From Okamejei kenojei (Eukaryota), in contig CM069145.1 in assembly GCA_035221665.1 (NCBI GenBank), positions 27,590,001 through 27,654,000 of the forward strand: a stretch of DNA of 64,000 bases. The letters are read 5' to 3'. Both the position numbers and the translations under genes were made by a program. Positions 1 to 13,200 of this stretch are shown here, one piece after another (positions within the stretch are counted from its first letter, which is position 1; each line of letters starts with the position of its first letter). The notes under the pieces were generated by a model. The model was given only the letters and a program-made list of their open reading frames with translations, did no database searches and was not told where the DNA came from.

Positions 1-357
1 ACAACAAGCAAGGTCAATATCCTCATAATAATGTTAATGAATGATCTTTTATTTCTCAGGATAACAATAAGTAAATCCCATTAATCGTTAATAATACCAT
101 CTACTGTATGTAACATAGACATCCCGTGGAGAGAGGAAGGTGGGGGAGACACTATAAATCAGATTCATTTTGTTTTGGGAATACATACAGTTCTGGATTA
201 GGACCAGGGCAGTCAGCAGAGGAAGGGAAACATTTGTATGATGGGCAAGACCTAACACCACCTGACCTTCATCTCCACCCCAATCAACATTCTTTCCTTT
301 CTCTACCCAGAGGACATTTAGGCACTGGAAAGACTGTAATTATGCCATGTTGTGCCT

Positions 358-600
358 TTAGTCAGAGGGTGGTGATTCTGTGGAATTCATTGCCACACAA
401 GGCTGTGGAGACCACGTCAATGGATATTTTTAAGGCAGAGATAGAAAGATTCTTGATTAGTACGGGTGTCAAGGGTTATGGGGAGAAGGCAAGAGAATGG
501 GATTAAGAGGGAGAGATAAATCAGCCATGAATTAATGGCAGAGTAGACTTGATGGGCCAAATGCCCTAATTCTGCTCCTATCACTTATGAACATGAATTT
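358..600 (+). mobile_element. CR1 LINE 3' end
   Basis: FSQRVVILWNSLPHKAVE...KGYGEKA plus 3' UTR. Similar short copies at ~3480-3695(+), 15565-15790(+), 30255-30385(+), 43400-43565(+), 48345-48495(-), 62672-62925(-). Confidence 0.85.
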
Positions 601-1087
601 ATGAAACAATGATCCCCACATCTGAGGGAACCATCAGCCAAGGGAGGCCGAAAATATTCATTATCTACGAAAAATAAATCAGTATGTGTAACCAAAATAA
701 CCCTCTAATTTGGCATTTTTATCAAGAGAACATACTCAATGGAAAAATACACAATTCATCTTAGTCTGATCTTGGAAGGATAATGATATCAGATCTGTCA
801 CAATGATACTTCCATGATTTCCGCTAACATCAGGCAAGTTTGAATCAAAAGATAATAACAATATTTTTCCGGAGCAAAGTGAAAACCTAACCCACGAACA
901 TTAAATACAATCCCCACCATATCCTACATACCACCTAATGCAATGCCACTTGAATGACATGCGTAATCAACCCACTCAATGCCACACAACTCATCCCCTC
1001 CCCTGCCCCTTCCTATAAATACCTGCAGCTGGACTATACCAAAAAGAATATAAACTCAAAACACTCCCACATTCTTTTCCTACGTAC

Positions 1088-1201
1088 ATCACTGGTGAGT
1101 TTGCCTGCGTGGACCGAATGAGAAATGTTCAGATCATCCTCCAGTTTTTGTGTTCCAACCATCTGACCTCTTGCCTTCTCAAAGGCTTCTCTGTATTTTA
1201 T
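1088..1201 (-). CDS. NRAP: NRAP exon 26 ([38 protein letters not shown])
   Basis: 114 nt; tatcacag / GAT|gtacgt; putative branch point gctaac at 1220-1225. Confidence 0.95.
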
Positions 1202-4200
1202 CTGTGATAGTAAACACATGTTAGCAGCCAAAGTTCGGGCGAGTGATGCAATAACATAGAGCTGTAGCGGCACCCAACATGGTGAACAAAACAGTCGCTT
1301 TATTCAGACATTACTTTGTTGTTTGGTCCTCTAACATACTGTCATTGCTGCTGGTGAGCGAAAGTGTTGTCTCGAGCTCAGCTACCTGTCGACTCGTGAT
1401 CTCAAGGTAAGATCTGCTTAAGTAGCCGGGCACTCCCCTTAACCCATGACGTCGCGTGACAGTCTTCGTAACCACTGACGAGGGTTCGACCGTAAGTGGT
1501 CTGACCATCAGGTGATGATACCACAGAACATAACTTGAAGAAGTCCTGGAGACACGAGGAACTGCAGATGCTGGAATCTTGAGGAAAACCCATTATGTAC
1601 TGGAGTAACTCTGTGCGTCCGGCAGCAGAGAGATTGTGGAACTCCAGGGAAGAAAGGCCATGAGATAATTTTGATTAGCTATTTGTGATTTGTTTCTAAC
1701 AACTTAAATATATTTTATTTGTTTATTAGTGAAGGATGAGGAATGAGCATATAGAGGTGCAGAGATCATAAGGTGATTAGATAGGGTAAATGCACAAAGT
1801 CCTTTACCCAGAGTAGGGGCATCAAAAAACAGAGTTTATAGGTTTAAGGTGAGGGGGAAAAGATTTAATAGGAACTTGAGGGGCAACTTTTATTTTTATA
1901 CAAAGAGTGGTAGGTATATGGAACAAGCTACCAGAGGAGGTAGTTGAGGCAAGTACTATCACAATGTTTAAGACATTTGGACAGGTACATGGATTGGATA
2001 GGTTTAAAAGGATATGGGCCAAACATAGGCAGGTGGGACTTATGCAGATGGGGCATGTTGGTCAGCACGGACAGGTTGGGCCTAAGAGCCTGTTTCCACG
2101 CTGTATGACTCTATGGCTGTAGATGCTCTATAAACTGTAATAATTTGAAAATTATTTTTATCCTCCATTTAATTTAGAAATCAGGACTGTTTTGACAGAC
2201 GCCAAAGAGGGTTGCTAGGTTATGGCACCAGTCAGAGGGGGTTCAGAGTGGAACCTCTAATATGATAATCAAGCCCTGCTACCACTGGGCCTCACTGAAG
2301 GAGACCAGAGTTGGCTCTTTAAGTCCTGACAATTAGGGTTGGGATAGCCATTGTAGATTGTGGGTCTATGGTATAAGATTTAGCCTTTACTGTAGATTTT
2401 TGAATTGAAGAATTGAATTGGAGAAACTTGATCTCAATGATTAACTAACAACCAATTTACGAATAATGTAGAAGAACATCATGACAACTGCTAAAGTGTG
2501 TGCTGGGATACTTGACACAAAGGCTATAAACTTGGTTTACCTCAGCAGTAAACGAAACAGTTAGCATTAGTCATCCGGGCAATTTATCACAAGATCTCTT
2601 TTGCAAGATATTACTAATATATTTCTGCTGTGCTCAGTGGGTGCACATTGCAGAACTAACCGCTTGGCTCAACAGTTTGCTGGAGCCTTCACGAGCCATA
2701 TTAAAAAACCTGCTTACTTCTCTGTATAAATACTTGCACATAGCAATGATCATTGGAGCTGTGACCTCACCTTTGATCAATGCGCTATCCCCTAGTGTCA
2801 GGCTTCTTGCCCAGAGTAGCGGAATCAAGTACCAGAGGGCATAGGTTTAAGGTGAGGGAGTAAAGATTATTATAGGAATCTGAGGGGTAACTTTTTCACA
2901 CCGAGGATGGTGAACGAGCTGCCATAAGAGGTAGTTGAGGCAGGTGGTATTGCAACATTTAAGAAGCATTTGGACAGGTACATTGATAGGATAGGTTTAA
3001 AGTGATATGGGCCAAATGCAGGTAAGTGGGACTAACATAGATGCGACATGTTGGTCATTGTGGGCAGGTTGGGCCGAAGGGCCTGTTTCCACACTGATGG
3101 CTCTATGACTAAGTAAATGAAAGCACGCTGCTGGTGGTTAACTTAACACATGTTTGAATCTAACCAGCTGTGTCTTGAGGCTGTTTTGCCGGTCATAAAC
3201 TCAACATCTTCACAAACAGAAATATAACTAACAGCCAAGAAAGCACATTTGAGGTTTTGATCACTATTGCACTGTAGGAAATGTAGAATCAAATTCACAC
3301 ACTGAAAGCTCCCACTAACAGTAAAGTGATCATGATGAAATAATCTGGTGTGTGGTTTTGTCTTGGGAATAAATATATAAACCTAATGCACAGGCAGATG
3401 CATATGTGGTGAACCAATTTTCTCATTTGACCAGAGATTAACCAATTAAAGCCAGTCAGTAGTACATAGGTGACAAGCCAGGTGGTGAATCGGTGGAATT
3501 CATTGTCACAGATGATGGTGGAGGCCAGGTCATTAAGCGGGGAGTAATAGGTTCCTTAATTAGTAAAGGTGTCAAAGGCTAAGGGGAGAATGCAGGAGAA
3601 TGGGGCTGACAGGGAAAAATAGATCATGTATGATGGAATTGTAGAGCACACTAGATGGGCCCAATGGCCTAACTCTGCACCTATGTCTTATGATCATACA
3701 AAATGCAGCATTTTGCGGGAGCAGCTTAAGATTGAAATCTATAAAATTAGGGCAGAATCAGTGCATTTCTCAATAAAGGATGCTAAGATATTAAAAAATA
3801 AAATCGGTTCTGTTAAGTTGGAAAGTTTTGCGAGTTCCAAAAGTCTTAGAGGAATTCAAAGTCCCTATGGAGCAACACTGTCAAACATGTCAGAATTTTA
3901 AACTACATTCCTATAAGTTTGCAGAGTGCTGCCAAAGGCCTCAATACGTTGCTTCAAATGTTAACTGAACTAAGAACACCGGAAGGAATTTAATAGCGAA
4001 GAAACCTGGTACCAAAAGTGGCCATCTCTCAGAATGCTGAGAGATGTGTTTTAATCAGAAGTGGACTTCATTAAAATATTAAAAGCCGTGCTACTAGTTA
4101 TTGGCTGTTAAAAGAGACACTATTTAGCCTACAGTACCTGCTATGTACTATTCCCTTTTGCGCTAATCATCTACACTGAATTACATACTGATAATTATTC

Positions 4201-7200
4201 ATGTAATGAGAGGTGGGTCAGTAAAATATTCCAGCACAGGCCATAATCATGACAGAACCAATCCGAACATACATGTAGGAAATAAGTCGTTTTAATGGCT
4301 TCAAAATGGAAGTTTGCCAAAGGCCAAGTAATAGTTGAGGCTGGATTTCATCCAAATGTACGTTCAAAATTGCTCAAATAACTGGCCTTGGGATTGCCAT
4401 TGATTCTAAATAGACATGAACTGTTTAACTCCTTCTTTGCACCTCTGGAAAGAATTAGTTACAGCAATTTCCAATGCAGTTATCCATAGTTATACAGTAC
4501 TTACATCACTAATAATTTCTCGAGAAGCTTTGGCAGCTTGGAATGGAATAGCATCCAACTTTAGTTTATATCCACCATCTTGTAATTTTGTCCATGCCTC
4601 TTTGTAGCGAATCTTTAAAGGAATAAGTCATTTTGTGAGCGAGTATTCACCGCATTCTATTCAGTTTTAAGATCAGTTAAAGGGGCGGCACAGTGGCACA
4701 GCGGTAGAGTTGCTGCCTTACAGCGCCAGACACCCGGGTTCGATCCTGATTATGGGTGCTGGCTGTACAGAGTTTGGACGTTCTCCCTGTGACTGCGTGG
4801 GTTTGCTCTGGGTGCTCCGATTTCCGCCCACACTCCATTGACGTACACGTTTGTAGGTTAATTGGCTTCAGTAAAATTGTAAATTGTGTAGGATAGCATG
4901 TAGGATAATGGTAGTTTACAGGGTGATCACTGGTCGGCACGGACTCTGTTTCCGTGCTGTATCTCTAAATTAAATCTAAAGTCTATATCTAATGTCAAAA
5001 TCTTAGAGATTTAAAGTGCAGAAATGGCAAATAGGGTTCCTGCCAGAAACATTCAAGTATAATCCCAAGGTAAAATGTTCCATCTTATTTATTTTTGTTA
5101 CCTCCTCCATCACAGAAAGCAATAACAATATTGCCTGAAAATCATTTATTAAAATGCATTTGTGTCTTAATTTAGACCAGATTATTCAAGTGCCTTCTGT
5201 TTTTGACAAACGAATTACCCGACAAAGATCATGTAAAAAATATTACAAAATGTAATGGCTACTAATGAGCCAATAACTAAAAACAGGAAAAATAATATTT
5301 TGAGAGTATTAATTTTGCTATAGTATCGCCAGTATAATCACAGACCTTAAGCTAAGTGCCAAGCATGCACTTGCATTCAATTCTTAAGTCATTAAATATC
5401 TCAGTATCGTCCTTCAATGTCTTGCCAGCTGGGGCTAATTAGACATTTGGTACGTTGATGCAAATTGTTTAATTTGCTCAGGGCTTTGTATCTTTTAAGA
5501 AGGTATTTCACTTTTGTGAATATTGGGCTTGACAAGTAAGTGATATCAGTGCTGGGAAATTCAGTGCTGGGAATTATCAAAATCAAGCACTCCCGAGCCT
5601 TATGCAGTATAAAACTTCCCTTACTTTGCTCCAACTTCAATTATTACATTATTTAATTTCTAAAATCAATTCATACTTTTACTTTTCTGTAGGGAACTGC
5701 CAATTAAGTACCATATATCCTCAATTCTCCACTGAATCATAATTCTCCACTGAAATGTCCTGGTGATGTTTATATTGTTAAAGCTGCAGTGCTGGTAGTT
5801 CTTCCACTTTATATCATCTCCAAACACTCTGCTGTCAATAGAGTAACTCCCATTCATGTGGGACCCATTTATTAGCCATCCTGCATTGATATCATGTTTG
5901 AGAGTATGTCATGATTACACCTTTGCTAACTTGGCAATGTCCTCCAGATCTATAGCACTTCTAAATCCTCACATTCGCCCAACGTTGGCATCTAAAACAC
6001 TCTTGATTTTCTTCACTGATCCTGGTGACTGTTCTTTTCATCTGCCAGGACCCAACTCTGAAAACCTCTCTCCAATTGTCTCCACATCTTTAGCTTATTA
6101 GTTTGTTAACATCAACTTTAACCAAACTGTTGGTAACATATCCCAATTATTCTTTCTATTAAATTTTACTTGATATCTGGTGTTACAAACTTATGAACAG
6201 GGATCAGATGAAGACTTGATGGGCCAAGTAGTGCACTTCTAATCCTTATTCACATGTTTATATGTAATCTTACTCTTAACTCTACCTCATTCGGTCATTG
6301 TATTATTTATTTTTATGTTTATTGCATTACTTCCAATTGCACTACAATCTTGCACCATTCTGCTGGTTTGCACGTGTCATTGCATTTATTATTGTATTTG
6401 TGTTCACTGTATGTATGCTGTTTAGCTTCATGCGAACAAGGAACCTTATTGCACCCTGGTGTATATGCGGATAAACTAATCTGCACCTGAATCCCTGTAC
6501 AAACTGTAATGAGTTCATAACCACTTCCGCCAGGATAATTAGGCATGGGCATTCATTGCTGCCTACTTATGATGTCCATCTCCCAAAGATGAAAAACAGA
6601 TATAGTATATCCAATTTAGTATGTACTTCAGGAATCAAATATAAATGTGTCTTTTGTCTTAACTGCACTACATTGGAAATTGGATTTATATGCAATAATG
6701 GTGAATGTAACATTGTTTGCATATCCAACACATCAGATTGGTTGATCATAGATGTTACTATCATATTTAATAGTTTTGGTACTCCTAAATAGTTGCTGAA
6801 AACGGATCAATATCAGGGTCCTGATATTTAATCATTGACAAGTTAATGAATATTGCTTTGTCCCTGTGTTAAATTGCAGAAAATATAAGGAAGACCTTTT
6901 ACTGAACTGCCTTTGTAATGGGGATTGCTTATTACAGAAATGACTACAATGTTAATTCAGTAATAAGCATTAGCAGTACCTCCGATCAGCTCATAAAGCT
7001 ACCTAATATTGCTTAAAGACAGCTCGACTCTGTTCTGAGTCTCACCTCACTGATGTTCATGGCATTAGCTTTAGCCTGCAGAATTTCTGGGAGGTCCTTT
7101 GTCAGTGTGTAGTGATGTTTTACATTTTCTCCATCTTCTCTGTACAGTCTCTGAGAAATAAAAGAATAAGTTCCATTTTAATATGTATCTAGGGCAACAT

Positions 7201-10200
7201 CATCTTACATCTTGGTGGGTGGGAGCAGAATTATATCTTGTAAGGGAAATATGCATGTAACACAGTTGCAATTGTCCTCCTCTCCATTCTAGGTTATTAA
7301 TTAAATAACAAATTGCATTAACAACTCAAGAAACAGGTAGCCACAAAACCAATAAATGCATAAAACTAATTGTGAACAATGATTCATGAGTGCTTAAAAT
7401 GCAGGTACCAATTTAATTCTTCACTGTGTTAACCTATTTATATAAGTGGTTGAGGGCATCGGTATGAGGAAATTGATACCAGTCAATTCAGCATTTGTAC
7501 AACAATTCACGCACTATCTTGTAGACTTATGGAAAATTAATGCTCAAAACAGCTCATAACATTTCATGTTGTTAATCACATTCAAGTTATGATCTTGTGT
7601 TAGATTTGTATTATTAAATCTGATCAGGCAACATGAAGTAAAGCATCGAAGATAGACGCAAAATCTTGGGGTAACTCAGTGGCACAGGCAGCATCTCTGG
7701 AGAGAAGGAATAGGTGATGTTTCAGGTCGAGACCCTTCTCCAGACAAAGCATAATTTTGAAAGAACAGTATTAGATATTTATACAACAGAACTTAATAAG
7801 AGCACCGAATGAAAGTGTACAGCTGTGAGGTTATTACTACCTACGATGGAAACAACAGATCACTTAAAAAATATGTGATTTTATAATACTTCCAGAACAT
7901 CAATTTAATGAATACATTTGTAGAAACTGAATGGTTTAAAGAAGGAACTGCAGATGCTGGAAAGTCGAGGGTAACCAAAATGCTGGTGAAACTCAGCGGG
8001 TGCAGCAGCATCTATGGAGGGAAGGAGATGGGTAACGTTTCGGGCCGAAACCCTTCTTCAGACTGTAGAAACTGAATGTTCAATGCCACAAGGGGAAACT
8101 TTAATCATCTTACTTGTATTACCAAAAACATGTATATTCCTTTCCCACAGATCTTGTAAGCATAAAGACACAGAGGAAAGAGAAACTGAATAAGGTGGCA
8201 TTCTGAAGGTGCCACAAGTTTTGCTTATTAAGAGGGCAAAACTTTCAGGATAAGCCTAATTTTCTCAGGTTCCTGTGGGTAAGTGTGGTGTTTTCCCAAT
8301 GCAGTGTCAGGACGAGTAACATGTGGTTACTTTATACCATTTAACAAACAATAAGGCTTGAGGAGAAAAGCATGCAGGGTGCTCAATAACCGGCTAACAT
8401 GAGGCTGGACATTGACTGTTGGGTTTGGTTAAAAAAATATCACACACTTTGGTCTTGCTCTGCCCATTGGCAGAACAATGGGGCAGCTCGTCGATCTGCT
8501 ACTACATGGCACCAGGGATCTGTGTTCAATCCTGGTCTCCAGTGCAGACTGTGTGCAGTTTGCACATTCTCCTGGTGACAACATGAAGTTTCTCCAGGGT
8601 CTCTGGTTCCCTTCCACATCCCCAAGACATGCAAGTTGATAGATTAGTTGGCCTTTACAAATTGCCTCTGATGCATTGTGATAGAACCTGCTGGGAAGGG
8701 CAGATAGCCGATGGGAATGTAGGGAGAATAGTTTGGGGAAATTCATTTAATTTAGTTTTAATTTAGAGATACAGCATGAAAACAGGCCATTTGACCAACT
8801 GAGTCCATGCCAACCATCAATTACCCATTCACACTAGTTCCGTCCCACTTTCTCATCCACTCCCTGCACATTAGGGACAATTTAACAGATGCCGATTAAC
8901 CTACAAATCTGCATGTCTTTAGGATATGGGAGGAAACCAGAGCACCTGCATGAAACCCACGCAGGCGCAGGGAAATCGTGCAAACTCTACACGGAGGGCA
9001 GGATTGAACCCGGGTCTCTAGCGCTATGAGGCAGCAGCTTTACCAGCTGCGCCACTGTGCTGCCCAAAATTAGTTGGAAAATGTGATCACTCTGTGAACA
9101 AGCTTAGACTCGAGGGGCCAAATGGCTTCTTTCTATGTCATGATGGATACAGAAATGTGGATATGGTCATTGCACTTGAAAACTACAAACGGTGGTACTT
9201 CAACAGCCACATGACTCAATGTTCCTATCCATAATGGATTCTGCCTTTTGCCTGGACTGCCAGTTACTTTTTTAATGGGGCATTAATTCAAGTCATCACC
9301 AGATTCTCCACACCTCATCGCCGTTTGATCTGAAAGATTCCCCCTAACCACCCAAACATTTGAGGATCAAAAACTGCAAAATACATTGAAGCAAACCAAA
9401 TTTGCAATTTGCACTGTGAAATGAAAATACCTAAAATGTTCTTCTTTGAAAGTCGGTAGATATTGTACAGACTCATGCTGTGTAATTTAATCCTAGTTTA
9501 AAAATATACTTAAGTGTTCTTTTTCTAGGCTTATTTGTCCAGCTCAAGGAATGTGAACATAACCAGATATGCACTCTATTTACAGCCATTTTTCTATGAT
9601 TGCAAAATGGTGTATATTTTCCACAGAAAATACAACAGTTCTGATAAAAATGTTAATTCTCTTTCTCTCCATGGATACTGCCTGACCTGCTAAGTGTTCA
9701 TGACATTTTCTGTCCTATAGTAGAGAAATAGCATAAGAAAAAAAATTGGGGCAGTTAACATATAAAACATATATCATATCATTTAATAGCTTACATCCAC
9801 TGCCTGGTTATAACTAATCTTGGCTTGTATCATTTCGGGAGAGTCAGTAACGCTAGTAAATTTCAGGTCACTGGGATATTGCCGATATTTTCTCTGTAAG
9901 GTAAAAACATAAAATCAAAATTTGATGATAAATATTAATATTGAACATATGGTATTGTATAACACAGGTTATTTCCAGCCCCAATAAGAAATTATAGACC
10001 TAAAAGATTAATTCTGCCTCTCTCTCCATTAACGCAACCGCATCTATTGAGGAGACACACAAAATGCTGGAGGAACCCAGCGGGACAGGCAACATCTCTG
10101 AACTGAGGAATGGGTGACCTTTCGGATCGAGACCCTTCTTCAGGCGTCCCCAGCTACAAAATGTGTAAAACCAAATGCATAAAAGTTTATTGCTATGTTT

Positions 10201-13200
10201 AATTTGACAGCCACTGACATTGTGGTCCTTGCCCTGCTCTGGGATTGTCGTCATGGCTACAGCAGGTGGCAAGTTTCAGTTACATTGTCCTATGGATATA
10301 AGAAAGGGTGAAACGAGAAATACTGAATTTCCATTGAGTTTGCCAACAGCACTCCCAAAGGCAGTTTTAACAAAGAACATCGAACAGTGCAGCACAATAA
10401 CAGGCCCATTGGGCCACAAGGTCTGTGCCGAACCAATGCCAAGACCATCACTTATCCATCTGCACATAATGCATATCCCTCTGTTAGCCCTACATATCAA
10501 TGTGCCTATCCAACAGTCCTTTAAATGCCACTATCCTATCTGCTTCAACCACCACCCCTGGCAGCATTTTCCAGGCACTCTCCAACCTCTGTAAACAAAA
10601 CTTTCCCCGTACATTTCCTTTAAACCTTGCTCCTCTTATCTTAAAGCTATGCCCTCTAGTATTTGAATGGCCTCTAGCATTCAAGTTTTGAACTTGATTA
10701 AGTACCTTAAGTACAATGTAAATACATCCCAGTGGCATCAGACAGCATTAACTTGTGAATGGTTGATGTCCCATTTAAATAAAAATAGTTGGGCTGGGCT
10801 GGGCTGGGGTGGGGTTGGGGAGCACAGACATGGTCCTCGCTGCTGCTACTGCACGTGCATTTAGTCGTGAGTGATGAAGTAAGGGGGTGGGTTGGAGCAC
10901 TGAACTCTAAGAACAGTGGCGCTGGCAACAACTTGGCCTTTCTGGGTCAGATACACACAAGCCAACTTCCATCACCAACAGCAGTGAATGTTGCCTCAAG
11001 TTGCCTCTAAAATGGTGTGCACATACTGCTGGTGTTGGACTCAATGTTCAGGGCTCTTTTAACTTATTCCAATCCATTCCAGAGATGTTACAATGCAGAT
11101 TGACATGAAAACAATCTGGATTACAGTTTCTAATTGTGTACTGACTGGTGGTTTTGATCAGCAGGAGCCATTTATCGCACTTACCTCACTGAACAGTTCT
11201 CCTGCCTTTTTAGCTTGCTCAGCATTTAAAGACCCACTGGTTATCCATCCAACACCTCGCATCCAATTCAAGTCAGACTTGTACTGGTTCTGATAAATTT
11301 TAGAAAGTAATATTGTATCAAACTTAGACAGAATTAAGTTTGTGACTCGAGAGAGGTTGATAACATTACCTTGAAGATTACACATGCGAATCACAGTATT
11401 TCTTTTCTATATCTACACAGTAAATCAAACTTTAATATTTAGTAGGAACTTCCTCAGGATGACCTTTAGCAGGATGGTTAGCATCAGTTACAAAATGTGA
11501 TTTTCTGTTCTTTTCCCAAGCCAATTTTTTGCCGCAAGAAAGAATATCACCAGGATTCCCAATCTCCTGCCAATTTAGTTATTTTGCTCACTTTGTTAAT
11601 TAGTTCATCTGTGCATTGAATTAATCTTACTAATTAAGACAGTAACACAAATCGATGACTAAATTATCGATCCAGAATAACAATGTGTTTTTCTACTGAG
11701 GCAGTAACATTTTCTTCCTCCATTTAGTTTTAGTTTTAGTTTTAGAGACGGAAACAGGCCCTTCAACCCAATGAGTCCGCACTGACCAGTGATCCCCGCA
11801 AATTAACACTACCCTACTCACACTAGGAACAATTTAGGTTTATAGTATAATTTAGGTTAAGTATACAAACCCAAGCCAATTACCCTTCAAACCTGTACGT
11901 CTTTGGAGTGTGGGAGAAAACCAAAGATCTCGGAGAAAACCCACGTGGTCAGAAATTCCGTACAGACAACATCCGTTGTCGGGATCGAACCCGGGTCCCT
12001 CGCACTACAAGCACTGTAAGGCAGAAACTCTACCGCTGCACTGCCATGCCGCCCCCTTTACTTTATGAAGGAACAAATAAAGAGGTTCTTCTGCAGTTGT
12101 ATAGGGCTCTGGTGAGACCACATCTGGAACATTGTGTACAGTTTTTGTCTCCTAATTTGAGGAAGGACATCCTTGTGATTGAGGCAGTGCAGCGTAGGTT
12201 CACAAGATTGATCCCTGGGATGGCGGGACTGTCGTATGAGGAAAGATTGAAAAGACTAGGCTTGTATTCACTGGAGTTTAGAAGGATGAGGGGGAATCTT
12301 ATACAAACATATAAAATTATAAAAGGACTGGACAAGCTAGATGCAGGAAAAATGTTCCCAATGTTGGGTGAGTCCAGAACCAGGAGCCACAGTCTGAGAA
12401 TAAAGGGGAGGTCATTCAAGACTGAGGTGAGAAAAAACTTTTTTACCCAGAGAGTTGTGAATTTATGGAATTCCCTGCCACAGAGGGCAGTGGAGGCCAA
12501 ATCACTGGATGGATTCAAGAGAGAGTTGGATAGAGCTCTAGGGGCTAGTGGAGTCAAGGGTTATGGGGAGAAGGCAGGCACGGGTTATTGATAGCGGACA
12601 ATCAGCCATAATCACAATGAATGGCGGTGCTGGCTCAAAGGGCCGAATGGCCTCCTCCTGCACCTATTTTCTATGTTTCTATGTTTCTACATTAGTCATC
12701 ATCATCATCGTTCAAATCATTAGCGATGCAGTGGTGCTGGTTTTCCTACGGGAACGGTGATGGACGTACCACACATCTCTGCCCTCCAGTTCTTGCAGAC
12801 TTCCACCGCTGGAAGTACAGGATTTTGGTGTGTGTGTTTTATCATTGTTCCTTACAATGCTATGTACGACAGTGATCGCAACTTCTACTGAAGTGTGGAT
12901 GGCTGTTGGCTCGCTGGAAGCTCATCCGTCCTTTGACGGGTCTTGTTTTTGGTCCTGCTGGGGGTCCACAGCCCCCTCTTCACCTGGCAAACCAGGTGGG
13001 GGAGACGGTTTCGTCGTCGACTATCTGATCATGGAGCAGGTAGCACGGGATTACATGGTACCCGTGGTGGGAGGAACTCCCCCGACCTGACCTTGCATTA
13101 GTTCTCTTTAATACCTTGGAGTAAATGATGACAAGGCTTTTACTTGGCCTAGAGTTTCCAAATTTGACAACTGTAAAATTGAATAATAGAAAATTTCACA

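Noticed and set aside
1478-1502. Hammerhead-like CTGACGA-GGG-TTCG-ACC-GTAA on the plus strand
   Set aside because: It has GUAA rather than GAAA and no stem III or cleavage triplet; better explained as part of the solo LTR.
4682-4760. tRNA gene (A and B boxes)
   Set aside because: It is the head of a multi-copy SINE, continuous with the V-domain and LINE-derived tail; no full cloverleaf.
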